Made by a program: the position numbers and the translations under genes. Shown piece after piece: positions 41,408-55,230 of a DNA stretch of 64,000 bases (its first letter is position 1; the number at the start of each line of letters is the position of its first letter). The stretch covers positions 248,001-312,000 of the forward strand of contig NOWV01000014.1 of NCBI GenBank assembly GCA_003344405.1, read 5' to 3'. The notes beneath the pieces were generated by a model, which was given only the letters and a program-made list of their open reading frames with translations, ran no database searches and was not told where the DNA came from. Source of the stretch: Trichoplax sp. H2 (taxonomy: Eukaryota).

Positions 41408-44400
41408 TTATAATAATTTAAGATTATTGAACGTTCTCTTGATATTTTCTACTACTCTCGATAATGTCATAATGAACCCCCTGGATAACGGTAAAAGTGG
41501 AAAATCAGGTGACCATTCTATGGATGCGGCTGGATCAGTACTTGTGTCGTTATCATCTTGACTAGTGTTAGATGGTCGGTCAGAAGATGGTTTCAAGAGT
41601 ATTTCTAATCGCTCAATAATTCTGCAACAAAAAAAATTTCTCTGTAAGCTAAAAATCCATTTAGTAAACTTGTATATTATTATTGTTATTATATGCAGCT
41701 AACTAGACCTTCTAGCGTTCACTCTATAGAATGACGTGATTTCTTCTTTAAATACTTCAGGAGGATTACGTAGCAAGGTAGTAATAGTCTAAGATAACCA
41801 AAGTTTATCATTAAAACACTGTTAGTCTAAAATTTCGAGTAAGTATCAATAGGGCCAAATATTGCATATAATAATACTTTTTGCCACTACTTTCGGATAA
41901 GCCAGTAGTAACTAGTGCATGTATTATAATTATTGTTTAAATAGTATCCAACAATATTTTGCAAATGAGAAATCACTGTAATGCAGCTAGCAATGCAATA
42001 GAATTTCGCTATCAGCTACCAAAATATCGATCTGTGTTCCAAAGTTATTACTAAATTAATACAACATGGTAGCACATGCACGATGAACTTAAAAATTATA
42101 GTAGAACCTATCTCTGATGAAACAGTAAGTCAGACTAATAGTTGAACTAACTTTATCTTACAATCATAGCATGTAACTACAAGTGCTTTATATCTAACCT
42201 CAGCCGCTTTCAGAATCACCATTTCATTATATAGGCGACTATTCTCTTTGCCTTGGTTTGTCCCCTGCTGCTTTGTATAGCCAGCTTCATTAAAATATGG
42301 CTCTCTACACAAGATCAAGGCTAGCAAAAAAAGTCGATTTTTACGTAATGCCTCAATATTATGTGTTTAAATGATGAACTGATTCTAATATAGATGTGAT
42401 AACAATAACATCGACCTAAATCAATTAGCAAGAGTATCATTCAAAAGTTTACCTTGTATAGACAGCAGAGCTTGGAGCATATTTGATTTATCAGTCCAAA
42501 CTTCTGTACCCTATGTCAACAATATGAAAATTTCGAATATTTTTATGCTTGAATGTCTATGATACTGTTTTAATATTACCTACCTTTCCGACCCAAGTTC
42601 CAAGCAAACTGACACAAACTTTACCATCTTGATATAAATTAGGATTAAGTTGTGTATTACTATACGTTGTGTAATGAAATATTGGGGGAGATTTGGGGTA
42701 ATCACGCGGAAAATGGACGTCGAATGCGAAAAATGTATTTTCATATGGCGTTCCTTCTGGACCGTAGATCAAAATGCTCATGACATCCTAGCATTAAAAA
42801 TCATAAAGATTTAATAGCAAGTTGTACACTTCCTTCATAGAGTATAATATCGAATTATTATATAATTAGTCTTACCATTCTATCTTCATATGCACGCACA
42901 AGAATGTCACTAGGTAGTGAAGACTTTAATAAAGCAATCTTTGAGAGACAAAGGTGTTATTTCAGTTATATTAATCATACAGTCATTAAAATTTTTCTAC
43001 CATCAAAATATAAGATTCATTTCTTTTAATTTTCTAGACTCAAACCTCTTTTTGAAATCGAACAACAAATTTTCGCATCTCAGCCGGCGGGAAAGATTGG
43101 ATATGTTTAAATTTATGGCCTTCCGGAACAGACTCTAACATTTTGAAATTATCTGCCAAAAGTCATTATTATCAAGAATTAAATTATTATAGATAGTCAA
43201 TTTGTAATGTTGATTTAATACTGTAATAGTCGAAAAGCAATACCTGTTGATCTACTTAGTTCAGAATGGCTAATTTCCACAAAAGCATCTCCTTCTTCTA
43301 CATTTTTTGTAATTTCCTGAGTAACAGATAAACTTTCCTTAGTTATAACTACATTTTCTATAACGTATCATTAGCAATATCAGCTATTGTTAAAGCCTGT
43401 ACCATTGGTTCTTCTTCATCAGCTACATTAGACGCATCGCAATTTGTATTCATTGATTTTTCGGTTGTAGAATCCTGCATCACCTTTTGATCTTCACCAT
43501 CAGTAATCTTGCGTTCTTCTTTGTCGTCAACTAATTCATTCGCCATTACAGTGTTTTTACACTCTTCGACTGCTTCCATCTTTACAATTTCGAAACTACT
43601 ATCACTGCAAGTAAATAAAATATTAATGTCGTTGTTATCGTTAAGTAGGTTATTTAACAGTTTTGATATCGATGTATCGAAGTAATACCTATCATTTGAT
43701 GTTGATGTACTATTCTCAGTCTCCCATTCGCTATCTGAGTAGATCTTTGCTTCTTCAACGTCAGATATAGGTTCTATCATTTCTTCAGAACCGTCGCTAT
43801 AATCATCCTAGTATTATTTAAGCAATAGCTTAATTACCCTTTTGTTTAGAATACAATTGAATAAAAATCATGATATATAGCAGTGTACGACTTACATCGC
43901 TTAAGTCATCAATTTTCAATAAGGAATGAGGCTTCGATTTTGTAGTTGAACCATCAGTCCAACGAACGGTAATACTGCCGTCAATATCCAGATTGATAAC
44001 CTAAATTGGAATTTATAATTGCAATCAGGAATAATTTTCTGGCGAATCTATCAAACTGATAGGTGTTATTTAGCATTGAAGAGGATAGTAATAACAAATC
44101 TTAAATATTATTAATAGAAATAAAAATATTTTTAAAACATCTAATAGATTTTATATGATGACCAAGATTCATAAAATCATCTGCTAATAATACCGCTGCA
44201 ACAATTGCAATAGAGTTAGTGGATAAATACAAAAGGTCTATTTGTGAATACTAAGGCGACCATTGATCATCATTTTATTCTTACCTGGCCTAGATAAACT
44301 TGACTATTGGTTGCTGATCTGTCCCGGCTAGAACTACAATACTATCAGAATTGAAAGCAATCCTACTTAGATTTAACAGCATTGCAATCCATACTAAGTA

Positions 44401-47400
44401 AGTATATTTTAAACACAAGCTACTGTAGTAGCAATTTTACATTTAGAACCATACTCACTTTACATTGTGTTATCTTTACTACCAAGCAGCCGATAGAAAA
44501 TGAATAATCTGGATGTGGTTTGAGATCATAAACGCTAACGTCTTGTTCTACTTCATCCAATATCAGACAACTAAAAAAGTAACATTGCTGTGAACATTTG
44601 TAAGTATCTATAGGTAAAAGTGTGTTTTTGCTAACCTTGTCCCGTTGTCACTTTCACTATTCTTGACCCATTGAACATGGCAAGTTCTACCTTCATGGTC
44701 ATAAAATAATACTACTCCGTACATTCCATCAACTGAGAACAATTCTATAACAAACAAGAAAGGAGATGATAGGAAATTAAATTCATTTTCATAGTAACCA
44801 TTTCTCAACGACGTATTGAAAATTTGAATATGGCATTAATCATAGAAATATTAATCGCTAATTAAGAATGATGTTTTCAATACCTCTCTTATCGATAACA
44901 AATTCTCCTGGAAAAAATTCCAATTCATCTAGATGTCCCTTAGTCAATAATTTTACTGATGAGACATCAAATTCTTCATTTCCGTCCTACATTAACGATT
45001 AAATATGAATGTAGACGTCTCAATTGGTTGCAAAATAGAAAATATGGGAATATGGGCTTTGTTTTTTTATATTGCTTGTAAGACGTGGTGTTACCTGCCA
45101 TCGGATATCAGCTTCTGTTTCTGTTTTCATAATTTCGCACGCGAGGGTCATTTGAGGTCTAGCTGTTGGGACAGCACTAACAGGCTCACTTCTTTTCCTA
45201 CGATAACGTCTCTTATTGCGTCGATGTGAAAGCGAACTAGTCCGAGGTTTATTTTGACGATAAACTTTATTGTTGCTATGGCCACTATCAGAAGAGTCAA
45301 ATGCCGATCCACTGGTAGTATTTGGTCTGGTGGATGATTTAGTTGACATCATACTTAGATTAGAAATTAACCGTTGTGCTAAATGTGGCGGTTTAGCTAC
45401 TGTATCTACTGCTATTGCTGCAGTAGCCTCTTCACTGTATAATTCTGGTGTAACCTGGGAACTGATAGCGTTGCTACTATGCCCTTTAACTTGATCAGTT
45501 TTAAACAAATCAGATTTTATATCATGTTCATCGTCGTTCTGATCAAAATAGCCGAAATTATTGCTTGTATTATCGTGATCATGAATTTTTTCGTCTTCAT
45601 GGTTGTCATCATTAATGCTATCGTTATCTTCTTCTGATTCTTCCAACATTTCCACTTCTTCTCCTTCATCTCCAGCTTTGTTATCTTCTTCTCTATCTAA
45701 TTTTTTATCACTACATGAATCACTTAATGGTACATTGCTATCAGATACTACCGTTGCAGGTAAACTAGTAGCAACGTTATCATTATAGCTTAAAATATGA
45801 GAATTGCATGCCATTAAGCTTTCTGAATCAGTTGCAGTTATGACACCGCTAACTTCACTGCTAGTCTCAGCTGCTTGACTGGTATCAACTTGTTGCTGTG
45901 TTGTGTTACTGCCTCCTTGTACAGTCGCCTTTTTAACTTCTAATAATTTGTCGGTAGCGGCATGAAAAGTATATAGGACTTTATCACCTAACTGAATTTG
46001 GTTTTGTCGTATGCTCCAAAAGGTTGTTAATCTGAAATCATTATTTAAAAGGATAACTTAAGAAATAGCTATCCATGATAAAAGCATTAATTAATTAACA
46101 GTACGATATATCTTATGATATTTGAATATACTTATGGAGTGATTGTTCTGGTACAAGTTCTGGAGGAGGATCAACACTTTCCTGAGATGGACCATATGCT
46201 GAAAAACCGCATATAATCCACTTGACACGAACACCAGTTAAAATAACTTTTTCAACAGTAGCTCTGACTGTTGTCATACGCCGACTAAACGAAGGCCGAG
46301 GCTTTGTTAACCAAATTGCTTGACGGAATAACTTGACCGAACCTTCCACTTTTTGTCCTGGGTAAAAATCTTCAGCAGCGAAACGTGTCCTTTCATCCAA
46401 CATGGCATCACGCATTTGAAAAGCAAGATGCCATTCCATTCGACATCTATAGTTATAATGTATAAGTAACTTAATGGATTTCATAAAAATGTATAGGAGC
46501 CGATCGTATAAGGATATTTACGAGATCAATACTGTAAGGTGTAGTCAGCAATCGATTACAATACCAGCGTAAATTAAATAGATTGATTGAATTTCTCATT
46601 TGTTATAAATGCATTATAAATAAGATATAATCTTAGTTATCATTCGTTTATTGAGAGCTATCTCTAGCATAAGATTACGAAATATGACAGAGGTATGACG
46701 TGATTATGCTATTATTAAATGAAATCAAAGACAATGCTGAAGCACATGTAATAAGAAAACTGAAGATTGAAAATCTGTTTTTAGGATGCTACTAACTGCA
46801 TTACTCATGGTGTGTTAAAGATTATATAAAACGTGTGGAGGATAGTGATTTGCACAGGGCAGCACCTATCCTATATTGCTGCTTACGATTGCAAAGCATA
46901 CATAATTTTTGTTCACGGCTATGAAAGAGATCAGATTAATACCTAATATTGTATGTTAACGCATTTGTGATTATGGTGATAGTTTCAGCTTTAAAGCACT
47001 ATCTGTATACACTAGCTAGAAGGGATTATTGCAGTAAAGGCTTCATTATAATATTGTTGAGATAAAAAAGTGACTTACTTTGATCCATTCTTTAAACGTA
47101 AAATTAAACGTTGCTTAACATCACGTATTACACCAATCCAAGGCCCCATAGTAATATAATCGTCTCGACTTGGTACCTATAAAAATATAAAGATATCCAC
47201 AAAATTTTTGTAGAGTTAGAAATATAGGTCAATTTTGTGTATTGATTCTTATACTTTTCTACTCTTCCATGAGAGATTTCGTATACCATGATATTTGTAG
47301 TATTATTGTTAGCCGTAATTTGTGTAACAGATGAATATCGATAGTAGAAAATAACCTTTGAACTGATACTACAAGATTTAGTACTCGCACACTAATTTAA

Positions 47401-50400
47401 TAACAAATACTCTACAGGTATCATTTTACTGCTTACATGTATAGTAGTATAATGTTATTAAATTAGTTTCTTTTACAGTTTAAGTGCAAGAAAATTAACG
47501 ATGATAATATCGTTTCCATAAGGTAAAATTTAGCATTAGTAGGCAAGAATTGATATCGTATTAAACATTCTTAAGATTTCATAGTGTAAATTAATCGTTT
47601 CTACTAACTTTGATTGTCTACGGTATCTTCAAATAATCTATCTAGGCGATACATACTAAAGTGATACAGGCAGCAGCGATTTAATATTCTTCAAATTACT
47701 ATATTCTAATCAACTATCTCTACAACATTTATAATAGTGAGTGCCTGGAATAGCTGAAAATAAGCAATCTACGTCGACCCACTCTAATACGTTCGTCATG
47801 ATGTTATTGAATTTGTTACTAGGTTATTACCATGTAACCCAATTACTCTACAAACGATAATTATTGATTGCCTCGAATACCTTCAAAGCAATCTATCGGT
47901 GCGATATACAGTACTTGTATGTATTTTAACATTTACGTAAGTATCGTTCATCTATTGCTCAATTTTCAAAATGTAATCAATTAATTTGCAGATGATCATC
48001 CCTTCTTGATTCTATTAACTTCAAAATACATTAATTTATCTATATAAATATATTATATAACATTGAAATAAATGTTATTAATCCATGGATAGGTTTTCTT
48101 ACAGTCTAATAAGTTTATTTCTAGAGTACTATGTACAATATGCATTGCTAATGATAGTTTCGGAGCAGCTTAATTTATTACAGATGGAATTGAGTTAAGA
48201 ATACGTGATGAATAATCTAGTAATATATAAAAGTAACTTCTCAAAACCAATAGAATGCAGCTTACCTGTAAAGGCTTTAATTCAGTACACCGGATACCTT
48301 TTAGCATTTGATTCGTACCAATGATCTTGATATCGGCATATAATCGAACATTTACGACATAACCCCATTGAGATGAGACCGTACTGCGATCAATATGTTT
48401 AATAACATCACCGGGCATCAAGGACCTATCAACTAGTATCAACTAATGATGAAAAGACAACAAAAGCGCAACAGATTGATTAGTAATTCAATAACTATCT
48501 TTGACTTTTACTAATGTACTCGTATAAGTCAATGTTATGCTATGAATCATGTTGAAATTCATGTAGCATATAAAGTTATGCAAAAGGTAAATTCTGCCAA
48601 AATAAAAAAAGTGTCATGTTTACATCGTCAAAAGATGGCGTAGAGAAAATCTACGTGTAGGAAATATGTAAATATAATAAAGTCTGGAAATCATTATCTC
48701 CATCAATTCTTATAATCAATAGCGGAAAGAAGATAACGGAAGAGCTACTTTTCAATTGCCCTACTATATTAATCATTAAAGTCTATCGCTAACGCGCATA
48801 AAATCATCCCCATTTTTTGTTGCATAAGTTATAAATTATTGACAAATTATGCAATAGCATTCCTCGAAAAAAGTCCACAATATTGAATAGCGGCGCCATT
48901 AAAGTGATTATGATAATTGCTGTTGAAGTATTTCTTTTGCCTTCTTGTAAGTTTATAGAAAGTAGTTGTAGACTTGCAGTGAATAGCGTTATTATATCAA
49001 AAATCTGTATATGTCATTCATCTATACAAGTAATGGTATATATCCATATATAAACGATAAAATCGTGCGAGATATATTCTACTAATGAAGAGCGTAGTGT
49101 TACCACCATATTAAGACGCCAAAAACTATAGCCTAACGTGTCATTATAGATTAAAGTGTTCTTGTACAAAACTTATATAAGATATATTTCAATAGACAGC
49201 TTCGGAGTTGGATGGTACTTATTACTTAGATGCTTATATAGCTTAATAAAGTTTTTCGAGTATCTCCAGTGGTCATCATCTTGCATTCGCACATAGTAAC
49301 AGTAGTGATCAAACTACTTTAATATTACAGGTATTGATTATATCATAATTTCATTCGAATTTTACTGTCATCACGTCATAACATACCATTGATTTTAATC
49401 ATTTTAAGAATTTTTAAAATACTGTATATATCGCTTATGATGTCTATACAATAAGTTTAGATTCTTGCCAATCAATGTTCTATTTATGATGATTAATGCT
49501 ACCAGGATAGCTATTTTTTTTAAAGTATCATGTTATGATGACTGTACTGCACTATGGTTCCATACGTGTATTATCTCACCATGATGAAAAATTTGCATGA
49601 ACTAGTAGTATCATGGGGATAACACATCAATTTTATATAGTGCAGTATAAAGCCGGGCATAGAATTAGACTATCTAATATATAGGAAAAGACAGAAAGGG
49701 AAATTCTTTCTATCGGAATATTTAATTTATCAACCTACTGAAAGATCAATACAGAATAGTGTAGTTAAAGTAAGACCAATTGCTATGGGTGTCAGTGATC
49801 CATATAAAGTATACATATACCCTTGGCAGATTAAAATTGATCGGAGCCGAAGAATCTATAATGTATTAAGTACTGGATGTCTACATTGAATTTCTAAGGA
49901 ATAGAATGAACATTGTACAATAGACAAACGGGGGTGGCGAAACGACGATACGATGGAAATTAATTATTAGTCTGTGAGACGATATCAGATGATGATTGGC
50001 ATTCAAGTAAGAGCATGGACTGAATAATCAATCGCACAGTATGTACGGTATGGTTCCACGGTAATAATTTAGAGCAGTTTACAGGATAGAAAGATGACTC
50101 ATACAGAAAGAGTAAATAGAAAACTAGAAATATCTTTCAATCCTTCCTGTATAATGTTACTAACATTGATATTTGTTAGCTATCCATTTCGGTTGATATC
50201 TGCTACATAATACCAGCAGTCTTGATGTACTCGTACAGGTTGAATACAATAGGTGTTGTTCTTTTTACACAACTATCACCTAATATATCTACTGTACTTT
50301 TACCGGGAAATATCTTTCATCATTACTCTTCCTGTATAACATCTGGCAATAGGATTGATATCTAATTGCCCATTTCAATCGATATCTTTCGTATCATGCC

Positions 50401-51961
50401 AGCAGTCTAAATGCGCTCATATATGTTGAATACATGTTGGTCTCCTTTAATATACTGTACAACCATCCCCAATTCATCTACTTTAACTGGAAATATCATC
50501 CATCATAGTACTTCCTACATGATGTCCAGCAATAGGATTGATAAGAGTAAATGACTACTGTGTAAAGGCCTGTTTCGATCCATAACCATTTTACGGAATA
50601 ATATCAACAGTCTAGGTGCTCTGTAAAATCGTCTATTCTACGAATATAACGCTATCAATCTATATCAAGAGGACAGGGATGTAAATACGTACTTGTATAC
50701 TGTACAGATTTTGTTCTTTATACTATATACAACCATCACCTAATTCATCCACTTGAATCAAAAAATATCATCCGTCTTTATCCTTCTGCATGATGACGAG
50801 TGATCAGATTGATATTATTAGTCATCTATTTCGATCAATCAATACGTACAATGCGAGTATAAAGCCATGAGTCTACATTAAATGATGCCATCAATATGCC
50901 TTAGTGTAAGAATATTCATCTACTTTTCACCGGAATATCTTTTCATCGTTATCCTTTCTATATCAAGGCTGGCAGTAGGATTGATATTTAGTCGATTATT
51001 TCGATCGATATCTACTCTACGAGTGTCATATCCATTAATCTACATCACTATAGCGTAGAATAAAAAAGCTATATTGATGGTTCTTTTAATGTACTCCTAT
51101 ATCGTATACTACCTTCGGCCAATTTATCTACTTTAGCTGGGAATATCTTTTCATATTTGTCCTTTCTAGGTGATGATAGGCACTACAGTTGATAGTTTAA
51201 TCGACTATTTCGATCGATATCTACTCTACATGAGTAGAATATCTATTTTGTCTACTAGTCCACATCAATATACCATAAAGTAACAATTCATTTACTTTAA
51301 CTGGAAATATCTTTTCATTCTTTCAGTATGTTGGCAGGCAATACGATTGATATTTAGCCGTCAATTATAATCAATATCGACTAGACGTGTAGAACTGTAC
51401 CGGCGTTATTTCTTTTATTATATTAGAAGATAATGGCCCAATTTAACTATTTTAAATTTGTAAGATCACTTTTCACCGTAAAATAAATTGTCGAATGTTA
51501 TAGTGGGAAAGAGTTTGCGTGCTATCATGAAATAGTAGGCAATAGAATCAGTTTGGTCATTATCTTCTAGAAACACAGTTAGAGATGACATTAATCAATA
51601 ACATGAATATGCAGTAGGTATGGATAATTGCAAATCTATTGCCTCTCCTCCTCTAAAAAGTTAAGCTTGAACAACTGGTAAGGTATATCCTTACCAAAGA
51701 TCATCCCTAGGCAATACAGTGTCGATAAACAAGTCGACCTACCTTTGTCTCATCCATAACTTCTTCTTCACCGTTTGGATACCAAGCTGCTATCACTTGG
51801 CCATTTTGTAGATGGTAGTGATCAGAATTTTCATCGGAAATATCTTCATCACTGTTATCTGTATCAAAGCTATTGGCAACAACAATGGCAAATTTATCGT
51901 CAAGCTCATGCCTGACTAAATCTTCGGTAATAACACGTTGATTTAATCGATTGGATGACAT
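41408..51961 (-). CDS. UBE2O: E2/E3 hybrid ubiquitin-conjugating enzyme E2 O (about 19 coding exons)
   Basis: The N-terminal region reads WYPNGEEEVMDETK-LILVDRSLMPGDVIKH and FYPGQKVEG. The UBC domain reads ILIYGPEGTPYENTFFAFDVHFPRDYPKSPP...LNPNLYQDGKVCVSLLGTW (catalytic Cys), then LILCREPYFNEAGY. The C-terminus includes FPLLPLSRGF. Confidence 0.96.
50120..51380. repeat. Degenerate tandem array of about 7 copies (spacing ~163-272 bp) in UBE2O intron 1
   Basis: The AATATC anchor falls at about 50127, 50307, 50490, 50762, 50933, 51141 and 51304. Most copies are preceded by AATT(C/T)ATCTACTTT-like and followed by GCAATAGGATTGATA-like sequence. Confidence 0.85.
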
Positions 51962-52854
51962 AATCGGATCATTCCTTAATCTTCAATGGCTGACCAGAAT
52001 TCAAATCTCAATGACAACACTGCAATGTCCAACGTTTCTACAGATATTATCGTCAGTTCACGCCAAAGGGACAAAGGATAGTCGGTAGAATTGCTGTAAA
52101 TGCTTAACGTGCCTACAAGACAGTCAATAGAATAAACTAATATCGTCAGTTATTATTGCAAGTGGGAAAAGCCCCCAAAAGATGTCGAAATAAGGGCAGT
52201 AACCACGGAGATGGCCCAATTACGTTGAACGGGATAGCTTATGCTACCGTAGTATACTGTCTAAGAGTAGACTACTGTAGGCAAGAAGTCACCGGAAACT
52301 TGGACCGATAGCATACTGTAGGTATAGCAGGATGCTTCACATGCTACATACTATAGAGGAGGGAAAAAAACTCCATGCTGCAGAATCCATTAGAGCAGAG
52401 CACCCGAGAGTCGAGTATTATTTCTTAATTCCTATAGTAAGTAGAATCCTATCCGATTGGATAGCCAAAGTCTTACAATCTTGACTGAAAGGTCTGGCAA
52501 ATTGTATCATTTGAGACATTTCAGGAAATAATTGGAATGGAAGACGTGGGATATAAAATGCAATCCAAGTGCAGTAGTATGTAAACGATGAATGTCATCT
52601 TATTGAGTCTCTTCGTCTACAATCATACTGAAAATGGTGACCAAGGATTAGCTAAAATGTCTATTTTTCTTTTTCTATCTCATCCTTGTATGAGATGACA
52701 AGTGATAATAGATTTGCGCACTTGCCAGGATCGAGGAGAAAAATCTCCATGATCGAGACATTCTAGCGTTAGCAACAGACCGGGAAGAATGACCGTAGTT
52801 TAACTTCTATCTCTTTCTAACATTAAAATTGAGCATAAATCATGAATATAGACC

Positions 52855-53255
52855 ATTATGGACTGTGCTATCCACCCGAATAGCACTGCACGAAGAACGA
52901 TATAAATTGAATCAACTCCATCTCATTCATAACAGTAATTAAGATAGATTATCGTGAATAAGAGCCCAAAAATACTGTATGCGTATTTTAACGATATTGG
53001 AGTATAAATTGTGAGTATAGGCCACCTATTGCATAATATTATGGACTATGCTATCCATTTGAATAGTAATGATGTACGCACAGTATACCATCATGCCACC
53101 GAAGAACGATATAAATCAAATATAAATATGTATCAAATCAACTTCATTTCATTCATAACAATAATTGAGAATATGATAAATTCATATGATCCCCAAAATA
53201 TTACACACATATTCGAGACTGTGCTATCTACTTGAATGGTAATGATGGGCACATA
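52855..53255. repeat. Degenerate ~180-bp repeat (2 full copies and 1 partial) upstream of UBE2O
   Basis: GACT(G/A)TGCTATC occurs at 52861, 53044 and 53217. CGAAGAACGATATAAAT and CATTCATAACA are repeated in the first two copies. Confidence 0.8.
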
Positions 53256-53417
53256 AAATTATACCTGCTAAAACAACATCAATTAAACTCCTATTAACAT
53301 TTCATTTAATGTAGTAATTGGATGTATTTATGAGCATGAGCCAAGTATACTGTATTATGGCTGTATTCTCATCACACTTACAATGGTTTGCATAGTATTT
53401 TTTCAAATGCTAATAAA

Positions 53418-53488
53418 CATATATTTATCTATGATAAAAAAAAAACTAGACATCATATATTTATCTATGATAAAAAGAAACTAGACAT
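53418..53488. repeat. Direct tandem duplication of 35-36 bp
   Basis: CATATATTTATCTATGATAAAAA...AAACTAGACAT occurs twice in tandem. Confidence 0.9.
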
Positions 53489-53595
53489 AGGATCATCTTT
53501 CACTAGTGACTGGATAAATTTTCTCTCTGAACTCAGATAACAATAAAATTCGATCAAAAATATCCAAAAAAGCATAAGGAGAAAGATTTTTCCAG

Positions 53596-54038
53596 AGTTG
53601 GGATGCAAATGAATTGATAAGACGTAATAAAAATACAAAGTAAAAGCAATTTGATTATACGTATATTCAATTTTATTTCTTGTGCTAATAAAGAGTGAAA
53701 TGCTCTAAAACTGCTGTAGGTTAACACAGTTGCTGGATTAGTAATAAATAAAAAATAAGCTGGTCTGCTAGTGTTTCTAGATCCTTCACTGTCGGATGCA
53801 GAATACGAAAAGGTGATATGTGCTAAATCGACATTACTTTATCGTTATTAATCTAGCAACTCTTCCATAATAGCATGCCAAAAAAGGATATACATACGAG
53901 AATACTCAGGCATCGGCGGATGAGCATAGCAGCAGTGCAGCACAGCCTATTCGTTCTGTAGCTGCTACATCTGGTTTGCTGTACTCAGCTTTGAAGAAGA
54001 CTTCGTCTTCTACTGCAGCAAGTACCCCAGATTCATAA
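53596..54038 (+). other. Possible 3' exons of an unannotated small gene or gene relic
   Basis: Phase-compatible AG/GT-bounded segments 53596-53623, 53781-53812 and 53874-54038 join to SWDANELIRHPSLSDAEYEKHAKKGYTYENTQASADEHSSSAAQPIRSVAATSGLLYSALKKTSSSTAASTPDS*. GC is locally raised and AATAAA follows at 54182. No start exon or homology was recognised. Confidence 0.3.
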
Positions 54039-54992
54039 TTTGTATATTTATACTGGATAGGTTAATAACACCTTTACATCGTATGATAACTTGTGCCCAT
54101 GACAGCACTATTTCAGTAAAGGACGATTAAATAATTTAAACAGTATTTTGATAAGCTAGATACTCCATTAGGTATACAGATAATAAAGACAATTCTACAA
54201 TTATATAAACGCTACGATGGCATTACCAGTTCTTATTATAGTAACTACTCGTGTAGTTTGCCAACTTTAATTATGTTTTCAAGTGCTTTTCTATCTCGTG
54301 TAGGTAAATAATTGTATTGACTTTAGTATTTGTGATGCCGGCACCTTTACTGACAAATAAACAGAACGTAATACCTATCATAGTATGAGGCAGATATTAC
54401 CTATCTATAAAATGTTATCTCAGTAAAGTATGTGTGTAAACTTTAGATATGTTAGCACATTCTAGGCTGTCATACTTTGTTGATATGTAATGCAGTAGAT
54501 GTTGTATAAAGTAGATTTAAACGTATTCTCGCGTGCATGAGGGTAACTTGCCTCTACAGTATTGATGAGAGATATAATAAAGAACTACACCTAACGAATA
54601 TCATAGCCGTTCATTTTCTCTTCTACTACTCTCTGCCAATCTATCATCATACCTGAAGGGTCTTATTTTTAAGCTAAACTTGATGAGATTTGATAATGTA
54701 ATAGCTGTATTTAAAGTAATTTATCAGATTTAGTAATGATATCGATAACATTTATCATTTATATAATCGAGCTATATTAGCAAGCTAGCATTTTACCTCA
54801 TTAAAATAGGTATAAGTAATATTGACTTGCAAAGTAATTTATTCCTCAAGTATGCGAAGCTAAAGTAAGTTATCCGATGGTTATAGTTTGTACTATACAA
54901 TTGATTATCCAACTAGTTAAAGACAGACACACCAGTTTAGTTATATCATGATTATCAGTTTATAGTTATATAGATATGTTATACAGAATATA

Positions 54993-55068
54993 ATTATTTA
55001 ATTTAATTAGTCGTTCATATTTTGATTGTTAACAATCAAAATATGAACGACTAATTAAATTAAATAAT
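54993..55068. repeat. Perfect spacerless 76-bp AT-rich palindrome
   Basis: ATTATTTAATTTAATTAGTCGTTCATATTTTGATTGTT|AACAATCAAAATATGAACGACTAATTAAATTAAATAAT: 38-bp arms, no mismatch, centre at 55030/55031. Confidence 0.97.
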
Positions 55069-55230
55069 AGTGGATACTTGCAGCAACTAGCAAGTAACAG
55101 TCTATGGTATTATCCTTCCCGTAAGTCAACGACTAATAAGCACGTAAATAATTTTATTTGAAGCTACTTTATTAATTCCATTTAAACTAAATATAACTAA
55201 ATATACGACTAAGGCAAGAGATCATAAGGA

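Noticed and set aside
51684-51691. U12-type donor-like ATATCCTT (also near 32598, and GTATCCTT near 58364)
   Set aside because: These are on the strand opposite the host gene or outside any + strand gene, and no exon junction needs them.
52730-52792. IEEKNLHDRDILALATDREE*, loosely like the A-x-DR-x-x-W end of RTE-type LINE ORFs
   Set aside because: Too short, with no reverse transcriptase sequence nearby.
53781-53812. PSLSDAEYEK resembles the N-terminal motif of NAD-dependent DNA ligase
   Set aside because: The similarity covers only about 8 residues and the flanks do not match, so it is treated as chance.
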